Positions 21,622 to 31,247 of a DNA stretch of 64,000 nt are shown in pieces (within the stretch, counting starts at the first letter, position 1; each line of letters opens with the position of its first letter). This DNA is from an uncultured Nitrososphaerota archaeon (GTDB lineage: Archaea; Thermoproteota; Nitrososphaeria; Nitrososphaerales; Nitrosopumilaceae). Both the position numbers and the translations under genes were made by a program. The stretch is from the NCBI GenBank assembly GCA_963824385.1, contig CAWGPD010000004.1, positions 448,001-512,000 of the forward strand, read 5' to 3'. Below the pieces are notes generated by a model, which had not been told where the DNA came from, searched no databases, and saw only the letters and a program-made list of their open reading frames with translations.

Positions 21622-22621
21622 TTAGGCAGTTTGAGCTGATGCTTTCAACTCGTAGGAAGGCCATTGATTGAATAGTCCAATTACCTCATTCTTGTCATTA
21701 TCACTTAGGTATTTTCCATCGGACATGGCTGAGAACATCTCAATTTCTTCCTCACTTACTACAGTAGGAAGTACTGATGAGATAGGTTTTTGGGAGAGAA
21801 TGAATTTAATTGCAAGTTCGGTAATGTTTAATCCGTTTCTTTTTGCAATAGGGGTCAACTGATCTACTTTTTTTAATGCCTCTTTTACCCAGTCTCCAGT
21901 ACGTACTGAACGATGATCCTTTTCGCTAATTTTTGTATCTGCATTTACTTTTCCCGTCAATATTCCAGAAGCATCAGGTACTCGAACTAAAATTCCCACA
22001 TTGTGTTTTTCTGCTTCTGCAATCAGAATATTTCCAGGGTTTTGTTCAAGTATATTATAGACAGTTTGTACCGCAGTAGTATTAGTTATCCTCATTGATT
22101 CTAGACCTTCCTGTGTCCACCCTATAGCAGGACCTAGTGCAATCTGATAACTTTTGATTTCGCCTTCTTTGATCTTTTTATCCAAAAAATCAAAGATTTG
22201 TTTATCTTTGATAGTGGAGATTTTGGGATTGTGTAAACCATATACATCAACATAGTTTGTCTGTAATCTTTCAAGACTTTTCTTAAGAGCAAAATCCGTA
22301 AATTCAGTGGTAAATTTTTGTGGAAGTTCCTTGTGACCTATCTGCTCAGTAGAGTAAATATCATAACCATATTTTGTGGATAATACTATTTCATTTCTCA
22401 TTCCAGAAAATACTTCGCCTATTAGACTTCTCACTTTTTCCTCTTCCGTAAATATCACCAGTTTCAAAATAATTAATGCCTAGATCAAATGCCCGTTTCA
22501 GCATTTTTTTAGCCTCATCGTCCTCTATTTTTTTGCCCCACCAATCAAGACCAAGAGTCCAAGCTCCAAATCCTATTTCAGATACTTCAATTCCACTTTT
22601 ACCTAGTTTTCTATATTTCAA
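21622..22621 (-). CDS. Aldo/keto reductase (~332 aa), extra base at ~22426
   Basis: YRKLGKSG..VSEIGFG, G.N.F.T…YG.G.SE, SL.RL.T.Y.D, Q..YN. Confidence 0.9.
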
Positions 22622-23166
22622 TTCACAATCCTCCTAAACTCGGATATTTTTTGTTGAAGATCTGATTCATTTAAAACGACTTTTCCAGCCTCTGTATTTA
22701 CATTTAATTCTATCCAAGATTTGCATCCGTGATATTCTGGAAGAATAGGAATCTCGATTGGAGGAATCTTGAATACCTTCAAGAAAATTGCCACCATGGG
22801 TTTTTGAGGCATCCAGTTCATTCTTTCCACCATATACGAATCACTCCATATATGAAATTGTGATAAATCATCGATCATTTTCATTGAAGAAACATCATGC
22901 TCAGCAAGTACTTCAGCATACGATGTTATTCTGTTAAATCCCTCTTGCGGCTTTTGTTCTCGCACATCTGCAAGATATCTATAAAATTGTGATTTTAGAG
23001 AAGCATTGTCTTGGTGTTCATATGTTGGAAAGAGTACAAATTTTTTATCTTCAATTTTGAAACCAGATGCAGTCTCAAGTATTCCACCTTTTCGTAGAAG
23101 AACTGTTTGATCTCCGTTTTCAAGTGCGGTTACAACAGTTGCCCATTCTTTTAGTGCTTTCATCAC
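22618..23166 (-). CDS. DUF1802 family protein
   Basis: ALKEWA….L..G.Q..LLRKGGI.E, LFPT..HQ, Y.GCKSW. Confidence 0.85.
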   Translation of the reverse strand: MMKALKEWATVVTALENGDQTVLLRKGGILETASGFKIEDKKFVLFPTYEHQDNASLKSQFYRYLADVREQKPQEGFNRITSYAEVLAEHDVSSMKMIDDLSQFHIWSDSYMVERMNWMPQKPMVAIFLKVFKIPPIEIPILPEYHGCKSWIELNVNTEAGKVVLNESDLQQKISEFRRIVN

Positions 23167-23835
23167 CCAAGACTCCTAATAAGAGGAACAATGTCTTTTT
23201 TGACACAAACAAGCATTGGTGTGTCTACTGCAACATATCCACTTACACGAGTTTCTCGTAGAATCCATTATCAGATCTTGAAATTTGTCCAGGATGTCAG
23301 TTTCAAAGGCAAGCATGAAATCTTCATCATGAATTCCAAATGAGTAAGTGGTGTTTAATTGCACTTCTGGATATTTGTGTCCAACTTGAATGTGTTCTAG
23401 CATCATCTCTTTTCTTTTTTCAGATGGTAGAAGATACCACTCTCGAGTTTTGATAAAAGGATACACAATGACATATTTTTTCTGTGCTTCCCCTCCAAGC
23501 CAACCACGTGGTGGTGGATTATTTGCATAAATTGACGGTCGTGTGTTTGACAAATAAACATGTGTTGGAATAATATATTTCCCAAAAACCGTGAGATATA
23601 ATTTTGATACGACCTCTTGAATTTTTTCAACTGACTCTGATGCAAACCATAGCATAAATTCTGCATCATCTCTTAATCCTAATGTAGAATAAGTCCTGTA
23701 CATCATATGGGAATTTTTAAGAACAATTTCTACTTCTTTGGCAGATTCCTCTTTTGCAAGATCAGCCATCCAACGCCATTTTGGATCTACTTTGAAGAAT
23801 GAGAAATTGAAAAACGTTCTAGGTTGTTCGCTCAT
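23163..23835 (-). CDS. Chlorite dismutase/coproheme decarboxylase (ChdC/HemQ) family protein (~223 aa), extra base at ~23262
   Basis: YPF.K.R.WY.L….R..MM.EHI..G..YP.V…T.YSFG..D.DF…FE. Confidence 0.8.
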
Positions 23836-23963
23836 AATGAGTTAGTCTCGTATTACCTTATTTAAAATCTAATCAAATTAACCAAGTTTGATAAAACAAA
23901 ATCTTAGATAATCTACATCATGTAATGATTATCTTAAATTAGAGTACTTGTGGTTTGCAGAAC

Positions 23964-24059
23964 ATGAAGCGAAATACCAAGATTACAATAGGAATTGCTT
24001 CCATTTTCGGTGCATTTACAATCGTGATGATTGTTTTGATGTTACAGTCAAACCCGTAA
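23964..24059 (+). CDS. Possible 31-aa single-TM peptide
   Basis: MKRNTKITIGIASIFGAFTIVMIVLMLQSNP. Confidence 0.35.
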   Translation: MKRNTKITIGIASIFGAFTIVMIVLMLQSNP

Positions 24060-24177
24060 AACTATAATCGATGACAATAGAATTCAGAGGGAAAATTATA
24101 TCTAGTTTATGATGGTAAGATTAAAAAAATTGATCTAGACCGGATCCATTAAATGATCCAACTATTGCTTTACAAAC

Positions 24178-24546
24178 ATGGTCACGATCAGACATCAGCC
24201 AATAAATGAAATTATAATCCATGAACTTGTTAAAGTCAATAGTATAGAAGATTTCCTCAATATCAAAACCAACAATATTCCACTAGGCAATTCTGCACCT
24301 CCCGCACGTTGGGCAGATGGAATATTATACGAACCACAAGGTTTCCCTCCCACACCAGAAATTATCAAGGATCAGATTGAAGGAAAGATCCATTTTGCAG
24401 CAATAGAGTACACAGAGATGTCACAATACAAACCGTATCTGAAAAATAGCACCAACAATGTTCTTTTACCAATAATTGATATGTCACACAACGCTGCGAC
24501 CAAACAAATTGCACTCTGGTTAAAAGGTCAGATCATTTCCAAGTAA
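24178..24546 (+). CDS. Hypothetical archaeal protein
   Basis: 122-aa ORF with normal composition. Confidence 0.6.
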   Translation: MVTIRHQPINEIIIHELVKVNSIEDFLNIKTNNIPLGNSAPPARWADGILYEPQGFPPTPEIIKDQIEGKIHFAAIEYTEMSQYKPYLKNSTNNVLLPIIDMSHNAATKQIALWLKGQIISK

Positions 24547-24723
24547 ATTTAAAAATTCATTATAATTTCATTAGAGGACACAAACTACCATTGGTAAGAC
24601 ACCAGCATAACAAGCAGGAATAAAATTGGATTTAGGACAGAATAAGATTGAAATTATCAAGTTCATCTAAGAAAAATTAGCATTAGAACGTAAACTTTTG
24701 AAACCTCCATCTGTACTATAAAA

Positions 24724-25131
24724 TTATGAAGCCAAATCTAGTTTTGCCAACATTACGTGTTGAAAATCCAATTGTCCTAATCCGTAATAGTAGTACTGAG
24801 GTGAATCTAATCTCTCTTTACAGCTACCACATTTTTCTGATTGTCTTATTTCTCCCCAATATGCAAACATGTGAATGAACGCTTCTTTCATGAAGTCTCC
24901 TACGCTGGATGTAATATCGGAAATATACACTTTATTTTGGTATTCCCATGCCGTAATGGCATCCACAAAATTCTTTATCCGTTCATTTATTCTCTTTTTT
25001 ATCTCTTCAGATTTAGCATAATCTGGAAATCTATCATATGTCTCATCTCGTGTTGCTTTTACTCGTAAAACGTGTATGGTTTCTAACATGATAATTGATT
25101 CACAATCACTGGATTTTACATTGTAATCCAT
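24724..25131 (-). CDS. Hypothetical protein (CxxC), accessory region
   Basis: 135-aa ORF. Confidence 0.5.
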   Translation of the reverse strand: MDYNVKSSDCESIIMLETIHVLRVKATRDETYDRFPDYAKSEEIKKRINERIKNFVDAITAWEYQNKVYISDITSSVGDFMKEAFIHMFAYWGEIRQSEKCGSCKERLDSPQYYYYGLGQLDFQHVMLAKLDLAS

Positions 25132-25226
25132 TTACCGTATAGTCCTAAGTGCTAATAGCCAAATTTATCAAAAACCCATTCTAAAATATGCTACCCACAC
25201 ACTGGAATCAAAATATGCTAGAGTAC

Positions 25227-25610
25227 TCATTCATTTTTTTCTCGTATGGATTTTAAAATCTCAAGAGAATCTACATCATTTTTATCTGAGTGTGAAAATA
25301 GTAATCCTTTCAATTTATTTTTTGGATCTATATTATCATACTCGACAGGCAATCCCACAAGTTTTCGTAACTCTTCTGCATTTTTCCTACTTTGTTCTCT
25401 AAGTTTCTGTAAATGTGGTTCTTGGATTTTTTCATCTGTTAATTTTTCAATTTGACGAAGTTGATCTCCAGTTAATTTTTCAAGAAGTCTTCGTTGTTGT
25501 ATGATGATAAGTTCAAGATGATCAATTCTATCAATCAGATATTCATGAATTAGTATATTTTTTTCTGTTTTTGACTTATGCTTTAAAGCAATATGAAGCC
25601 TGTTCGTCAT
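25227..25610 (-). CDS. Hypothetical coiled-coil protein, accessory region
   Basis: 127-aa helical ORF ending DSLEILKSIREKNE. Confidence 0.5.
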   Translation of the reverse strand: MTNRLHIALKHKSKTEKNILIHEYLIDRIDHLELIIIQQRRLLEKLTGDQLRQIEKLTDEKIQEPHLQKLREQSRKNAEELRKLVGLPVEYDNIDPKNKLKGLLFSHSDKNDVDSLEILKSIREKNE

Positions 25611-26160
25611 AGTCTATGTCTTCATGCATTACTTGCATATTCTATCTTAATCTCCTTCTACGCAAAATTTCTTCTGACTCCTTTTCTGAATAATTTTGGT
25701 AAGCTGTGCACCTGATAATGTGATGCAACACATCTTATTTCTCTTAGACTGTTATAAAGTCCTACGGTATTTCCTGACATGTATGATTTGATTAGTTCAT
25801 CAATTTGTTTTTTTAATGTATTGTAAATTGTTTCTTTTTACTTTTCCATTTACTTCACATTATCTTCCCAAAATGAATCATCTACAAACCTATTCATTTT
25901 AAATCTATGAGACTGTCTAAAGCAGAATCTGTTAGAACTGTTCAGTTAAATTTATCTTCATTTACAAGTTTAGGTATTATCTCTAATTTCTCTCTAAAAA
26001 TGATGGTTATGTCTTTCAATTAGTTTTGTACTCCTTGCATTTTGATTCATCCATGATATTTTGATTTATTAATAATTTCACCACTATAATTAATTTATTT
26101 GATCGGTTAAATAAGTATTCATATGACACCAGTAAAATCAGAAACTAAATAGTAGTTCAT

Positions 26161-26328
26161 TTATGAAACATCTCGTAAACGCTTCGTATTTTTTGGTTCT
26201 ATTTTTCTGAGATGATCACTAAGTATGATCCTTATTGTTTCAGGTACAGTTTCCAGTAATCTTTCTTTTCGTTCTTTTTCTAATGCCTTGACCATATCAT
26301 CGGGTAATGCTACCATGACTTTTTTCAT
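26161..26328 (-). CDS. Ribbon-helix-helix (CopG-like) protein (55 aa), not in the ORF track
   Basis: MKKVMVALPDDMVKALEKERKERLLETVPETIRIILSDHLRK…; divergent from the transposase. Confidence 0.7.
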   Translation of the reverse strand: MKKVMVALPDDMVKALEKERKERLLETVPETIRIILSDHLRKIEPKNTKRLRDVS

Positions 26329-26403
26329 TACCATAATACCGTTAGATACCGTCGGATACCTTTATAAATATATGTGTATATACCTATGGGTAGATAACGG
26401 AAT

Positions 26404-27572
26404 ATGGTAATTAATAGAAAACAAATCCAAACAAGAGAACTAAAAGCACTAACAATAGTTGGTCAATCAGATCAAATCAAAAGAATCAATGCAGTAACTT
26501 ACAAAGTAAAATCACAATCTTCTGACACATGGTATGATGTAGTTCATGAATACAAACATGGCTGGAATTGTTCCTGCCCGCTAATAATTAATACATATGA
26601 TTAAACAAAGTGAGATTCCATGTAAAATAATTAGAAAATACTAACAATTAGATAAAAAGAAAAATTGAAAATTCTAATGAACTAATCTGCAAATGTGGTT
26701 CGCCAAACGTAATCAAAGACGGAGTTAGAAAGAACAAGTCTGGTACTATTCAGAGATTCAAGTGCAAGGAGTGTCTTAGAGAATGGTCAGACAATCTAGG
26801 TTTTGCCAAAAACAAGGTAAATTCCAAGATAATCACAATGGCACTAGATCTATACTTCAAGGGAGTATCACTACGTAAAGTAAAAGAACACATTGTATTA
26901 TTTCATGGAGTAAAGGTAAGCCATGTTGCTATTCTAAATTGGATTCAAAAGTTTGGTGAAGTTGTCGCACCGTTTGTAGACTCTTTAGTTCCAAAAGATG
27001 TTTCAGGCGTTTACCATGTTGATGAAATGATGATTCATGTTAGAAAGGAACACCACGAAAAAGGACACTATCAATGGCTATGGAACATGATGGACAATAC
27101 CACGAAATTTTGGATCAGTTCAAAGGTATCTCAGAGACGTGAGGTAGAAGATGCAAGAGCGGTATTCCAAGATGCCAAGAGAAAAACACCAAAACCAATA
27201 GCCATAGTTCATGACGGTTTACACTCATACAATGAAGCATATTGGAAAGAATACTATGAGATGGAAGGGAAAAGAGTACAGAATATCAGATCAGTTAGTG
27301 TAAGGCATAATGGATTAAACCAAACAGTAGAGAGATTGAATGGCATTTTCAGAGATAGAGAGGTGGTAATGAGAGGGATGGATCATAGAGAATCAGCACA
27401 GAAGCTAATTGATGCTTATCGAATCCATTACAATTTCATTCGTGAGCATGGATCTATTGGTCAGACGCCTGCTGAAAGTGCAGGTATTAGACTACAATTA
27501 GGTGAGAATAAGATCGAGACTCTAATCAAAATGGCTTTGTTTATGAAACCAGTTAAAAACCCACTACACTGA
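26404..27572 (+). mobile_element. IS6/IS240-like DDE transposase with N-terminal SWIM-like finger and Zn-ribbon; frame broken at ~26580-26676
   Basis: Y.V.SQS….Y.V…W.CSCP; in-frame upstream of 26838: CKCGS..VIKDG.R…QRFKCKEC; G.SLR.V, VDEM, W.W..MD..T.F, DGL.SY, ERLNG..R.R, YNF.R.H….QTPAE.AGI. Confidence 0.8.
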
Positions 27573-27625
27573 GCTCAGTATTTAAGAGCTATAACTTTTT
27601 ATCTTGAATTTTCTAATATCGCAAC

Positions 27626-27736
27626 ATGGTAGATAGTTTTGACACCCCAGATTGGGATGAGCAAGATATGGAAATATGCCGCAAATCCGATGAAATGGTA
27701 GAAAGCGGAGAAATGACCTACCGACACATAAGGTAA
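27626..27736 (+). CDS. 36-aa acidic peptide, candidate antitoxin
   Basis: MVDSFDTPDWDEQDMEICRKSDEMVESGEMTYRHIR, 25 nt upstream of the 89-aa ORF. Confidence 0.4.
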   Translation: MVDSFDTPDWDEQDMEICRKSDEMVESGEMTYRHIR

Positions 27737-27761
27737 AATAGTATACACCATTCTTCTCTTT

Positions 27762-28031
27762 TTGTTGAGTCAAAACCAAATTAGTATAGTGTACCGTAAA
27801 ACATTTGATGCTTTCTTAGATACTTTGGATAAAACAAGACGTCATAGCATAGAAACAGCTATTATGTCATATGCTGATGGAGAAATTACTTTAGTTGCAA
27901 GAGATTGTCATCATAAAAATGAGCGAAAAAAAGTGGGAATCAATAGTGCAAATGTAGTAGTGTATTATGATGACAAAGGTGATACTTGGGAATTTATTGG
28001 TGGTCTGGAATACATTACAAGAGTAGCCTAA
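27762..28031 (+). CDS. Hypothetical protein, possible RelE/ParE-like fold
   Basis: I.Y…F..FL..L……I…I pattern, then short beta strands; 89 aa. Confidence 0.4.
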   Translation: MLSQNQISIVYRKTFDAFLDTLDKTRRHSIETAIMSYADGEITLVARDCHHKNERKKVGINSANVVVYYDDKGDTWEFIGGLEYITRVA

Positions 28032-28177
28032 ACAACCTGATCACTCTTTTACATCGTGCTAAAAAACTAAAATAACCCCCGATTCTTAACACCGAGAACT
28101 TTTCAGGTCAAACCCAGATATCTTACCAGAAGTATTCATCAAAACACTTATTATTTGAAGATAGAAAATTTTCTTAA

Positions 28178-28477
28178 ATGCCAAATATAGACCAACTAAG
28201 CAGACCACAAAATAAGCTTGAACCAGTTGAAGGAGTAATCGAAAGCATTAGCGAACCAAGAACTGTCAGCCTCAAGACAGGCGGACAAGCTCAGGTTGCA
28301 GATGCAATGCTAAAAGATGAAACAGGACAGATCAAGCTTAGTCTATGGGATGCACAGATAAAGATGGTAAAACAAGGTTCCAAGGTCAGAATTGAAAATG
28401 GATATATTTCTACATTCAGAGGCGAAAACGCTCTCAATGTTGGAAAATATGGAAAACTAGTAGTACTAGAATTCTAG
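28178..28477 (+). CDS. ssb: Single-OB-fold ssDNA-binding protein
   Basis: VADA.L.DETG.IKL.LW, V.I.NGY…F.G…LNVG.YG. Confidence 0.85.
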   Translation: MPNIDQLSRPQNKLEPVEGVIESISEPRTVSLKTGGQAQVADAMLKDETGQIKLSLWDAQIKMVKQGSKVRIENGYISTFRGENALNVGKYGKLVVLEF

Positions 28478-29076
28478 ACATATCTGCTAGACTGATTCTT
28501 CCCCTTTCTCCAATCCATTACGCTAAGTATTATCCCAGATATTACCACAATAATTCCAATAATCAACAAAAATCCTGCCTCGGCCAAGGGAATTATATTT
28601 TTTACAAATGGTGAGTTAGGATCAGTTAACGCTTTTGATTTTTCAGGGTTCTCTGTGAATAACATTATTACAGTTATTGATTCCTTACCTTTGTTTTCAA
28701 CATTAAAGTTGTATGTATCAGCTTTTGATACATCAAATGATTTTATGAAAATTGGATCATCTTCAACAAATGAGCCAAATTTATCTCCAAAGATATTAGA
28801 TATTGATATTCCTACATTATCATTCGGATTATAATCCACTATGTGAACTCCCCACATCAGTGGCACTCCAGCTGTATTGACAGTATGTGAGAATGTATAC
28901 ACATTACCTGCATCAATTGTTACTTTATCAGATACATTATCAAACAGGCTTTCTGGAGAAGGGAAGAAATCTCCATTAGTGCCTTGCTCTTGGGGCATAA
29001 TAGAATATGCAATAGATGCAGCCAAGATAATCATTATTGTTCCAGTAATCAGAATTATTGGACCTCGTTTTTTCAT
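28474..29076 (-). CDS. Membrane protein with N- and C-terminal TM helices
   Basis: Hydrophobic termini, beta-rich core. Confidence 0.65.
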   Translation of the reverse strand: MKKRGPIILITGTIMIILAASIAYSIMPQEQGTNGDFFPSPESLFDNVSDKVTIDAGNVYTFSHTVNTAGVPLMWGVHIVDYNPNDNVGISISNIFGDKFGSFVEDDPIFIKSFDVSKADTYNFNVENKGKESITVIMLFTENPEKSKALTDPNSPFVKNIIPLAEAGFLLIIGIIVVISGIILSVMDWRKGKNQSSRYV

Positions 29077-29171
29077 TTTAAATGATATACCTCAATTTTG
29101 TCATAATATAAAATTGATAGAGACATATCGCTACAGAAAAATTAATTCAATATTAATTAAGCGTACAAGTA

Positions 29172-29990
29172 CTACTTTCGTCTGGATTTAATTTTTCTTT
29201 TAGGTGCTTTTTTTGCACGAGATTTTGTTTTACTTTTTGCTACTTTTCTTTTAGCAGGTTTTCTGTTTGCTTTTACTCTTCTCTTTCTTTTCTGAGCTGC
29301 AATTGCTGCCATTCTCTTTCTTTTCTGAGCTGCAATTGCTGCCATTCTCTTTCTTTTCTGAGCTGCAATTGCTGCAAGATTCTTTTGAACTATCGATAAT
29401 GCGTTGCTTACTTGGGTTTCAATCTTTTGGAGAGACTCAAATTTTGGTCTTAAGGCAGCCTCTTCTTTTGTACCAACCTTCAGTTGTTCAACTAGTGCAG
29501 GTTTAGCATGAATTTGTTTCTTTAACTGTTCCTCTATCTTTACTTTCTCCTTTTCAGTAGATTCTATTTCCTTTTCCAATCTTGTCTGGTGAGATTCCCT
29601 TTCCTTTAATTCTGCATGCAATTCTGCTATTTTTTCATCAATATACTTTAGTCTTTGAACTGCACTAATCTTTTCTTCAGTGGCGCCATATTCACTTTGT
29701 TGTTTTGCCTCGTCCTTTGCATTTTCCTCATGTTTTAGTCTCTCCTCAGCAGCAATCTTGAGCCTCTCTATGCTTGCCTTTTGTGAGAGATGTTGGTTAA
29801 GAATTTGAACTATGTGGTCCTTGGCCCTGGTTAGATCTTCTTTTTTCTTATCAAGTGCAACAAGGCCAGATGATGATCTTCTTTTTTTAGAGACTGCTTC
29901 TTTTAGTTTGTTTTCAACCTGTTTTCGTAATTTTGACACTTCTGCTTTTTTTATACCGTATGACTTTGAGAGTGCCTCAAGTGATGCCAT
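29172..29990 (-). CDS. Long coiled-coil protein with Lys/Arg-rich tail
   Basis: Heptad E/K pattern; tail repeats AAIAAQKRKR. Confidence 0.7.
   Translation of the reverse strand: MASLEALSKSYGIKKAEVSKLRKQVENKLKEAVSKKRRSSSGLVALDKKKEDLTRAKDHIVQILNQHLSQKASIERLKIAAEERLKHEENAKDEAKQQSEYGATEEKISAVQRLKYIDEKIAELHAELKERESHQTRLEKEIESTEKEKVKIEEQLKKQIHAKPALVEQLKVGTKEEAALRPKFESLQKIETQVSNALSIVQKNLAAIAAQKRKRMAAIAAQKRKRMAAIAAQKRKRRVKANRKPAKRKVAKSKTKSRAKKAPKRKIKSRRK
29279..29376. repeat. 33-bp coding tandem repeat, ~3 copies
   Basis: ctctttcttttctgagctgcaattgctgccatt repeated. Confidence 0.9.
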
Positions 29991-30147
29991 GCGATAATGA
30001 GCTTTTATAATCGATTAAGTTTGTGTTATGATCAGTATTTGACATACGAGTTAAAATTTTTAACATATTTTTGATCTATTTTCTAAAATATCAAGCCATG
30101 ACAAGTGTCACCAAGTAGATTTTATTTACCAAATACGTATCAAAGGC

Positions 30148-30459
30148 ATGGAATTTCATCCATCACAGTTACCAATTGCTCATTCTTTTATGATCGATGA
30201 TGAACAAGAATCTGGAGATGTGGCATCACAAATGGTAAGAATTGGTTTTTCAATGCAAAAAGGAGCATTCAAAGTAATCATGACAAAAGAACAAAAAGTT
30301 GCAAAGAAGATCGGATTTACAATCATGAATGAATTAAACTTTGGATTAAGAAAAGCAAAACAAGAACGCGATATTAGATATTGGATATACAGTCATGATA
30401 AAGATCATTATGCGATGGTTTTGATAAGCTCCAAAGTCATGCAAGAATTAGGTTTTTGA
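30148..30459 (+). CDS. Conserved hypothetical protein
   Basis: 103-aa ORF. Confidence 0.6.
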   Translation: MEFHPSQLPIAHSFMIDDEQESGDVASQMVRIGFSMQKGAFKVIMTKEQKVAKKIGFTIMNELNFGLRKAKQERDIRYWIYSHDKDHYAMVLISSKVMQELGF

Positions 30460-31122
30460 CTTGTCAAAGATAAGTTCGATCTTTAATTTCTTGGAAACAA
30501 TATTGGCAACCAATATTCCAAAGATTACACCAGATATTACAGTTGACGGGTATTCTTGTAATAGGTATAATCTGCTAATTGAGACAACTGCAGGATAGAT
30601 CCACAATAGATACCAACCATTAGGAAAACGCCTAGACAGCGCATATCCAATTATGAATGCAAATATGGTAGTTCTCACAGTAGCCCCTGCTGGAAAAGTC
30701 CCCTCAATTTGGCATGGCACACCAACATCTGCCCCCGATTTGAATGGTAGTTGAGCTCCCAAGTACTCTAGTGTAGGTTTTTCATATCCAGTATAACATC
30801 TAATGTAAGCCACAGCCATGCTACCTACCAATAATGAAAGTAGTAGTATCAGACCAAGTCGCCTTGTTCTTTTTATTATAAACAGAACGATGCTTACAAA
30901 TATTGGATAAAGTACCCATCCCAGTTCAGTAAACATATCCATGGTGAGATCTATTGTTCTATTACCTACAAGTTTTGAAATATAATTTTCAAAGCCAGTA
31001 TCATATATCAATACTGTTTTTGCAACGGTAACATAAAGTAGAATTAAAAATGCAAGTAATAGTAAGAAAAATGTTCTACTTCTTATATCAAAGATCCAAT
31101 TCTGCAAAGAAATCCCTCCCAA
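30448..31122 (-). CDS. PAP2-family membrane phosphatase-like protein
   Basis: Multiple TM; degenerate FP.G and SRLYL..YP motifs. Confidence 0.7.
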   Translation of the reverse strand: MGGISLQNWIFDIRSRTFFLLLLAFLILLYVTVAKTVLIYDTGFENYISKLVGNRTIDLTMDMFTELGWVLYPIFVSIVLFIIKRTRRLGLILLLSLLVGSMAVAYIRCYTGYEKPTLEYLGAQLPFKSGADVGVPCQIEGTFPAGATVRTTIFAFIIGYALSRRFPNGWYLLWIYPAVVSISRLYLLQEYPSTVISGVIFGILVANIVSKKLKIELIFDKSKT

Positions 31123-31247
31123 GTATTAACATCAGCATTAAGATCGGATATCCTTCCATATTAAAATCAAGATACTTGTCTTTGAGTATTCCTATTGATC
31201 GTTTTACGACTAAAAGATTTTAACCACATCTCAAGATAGGATCGACG

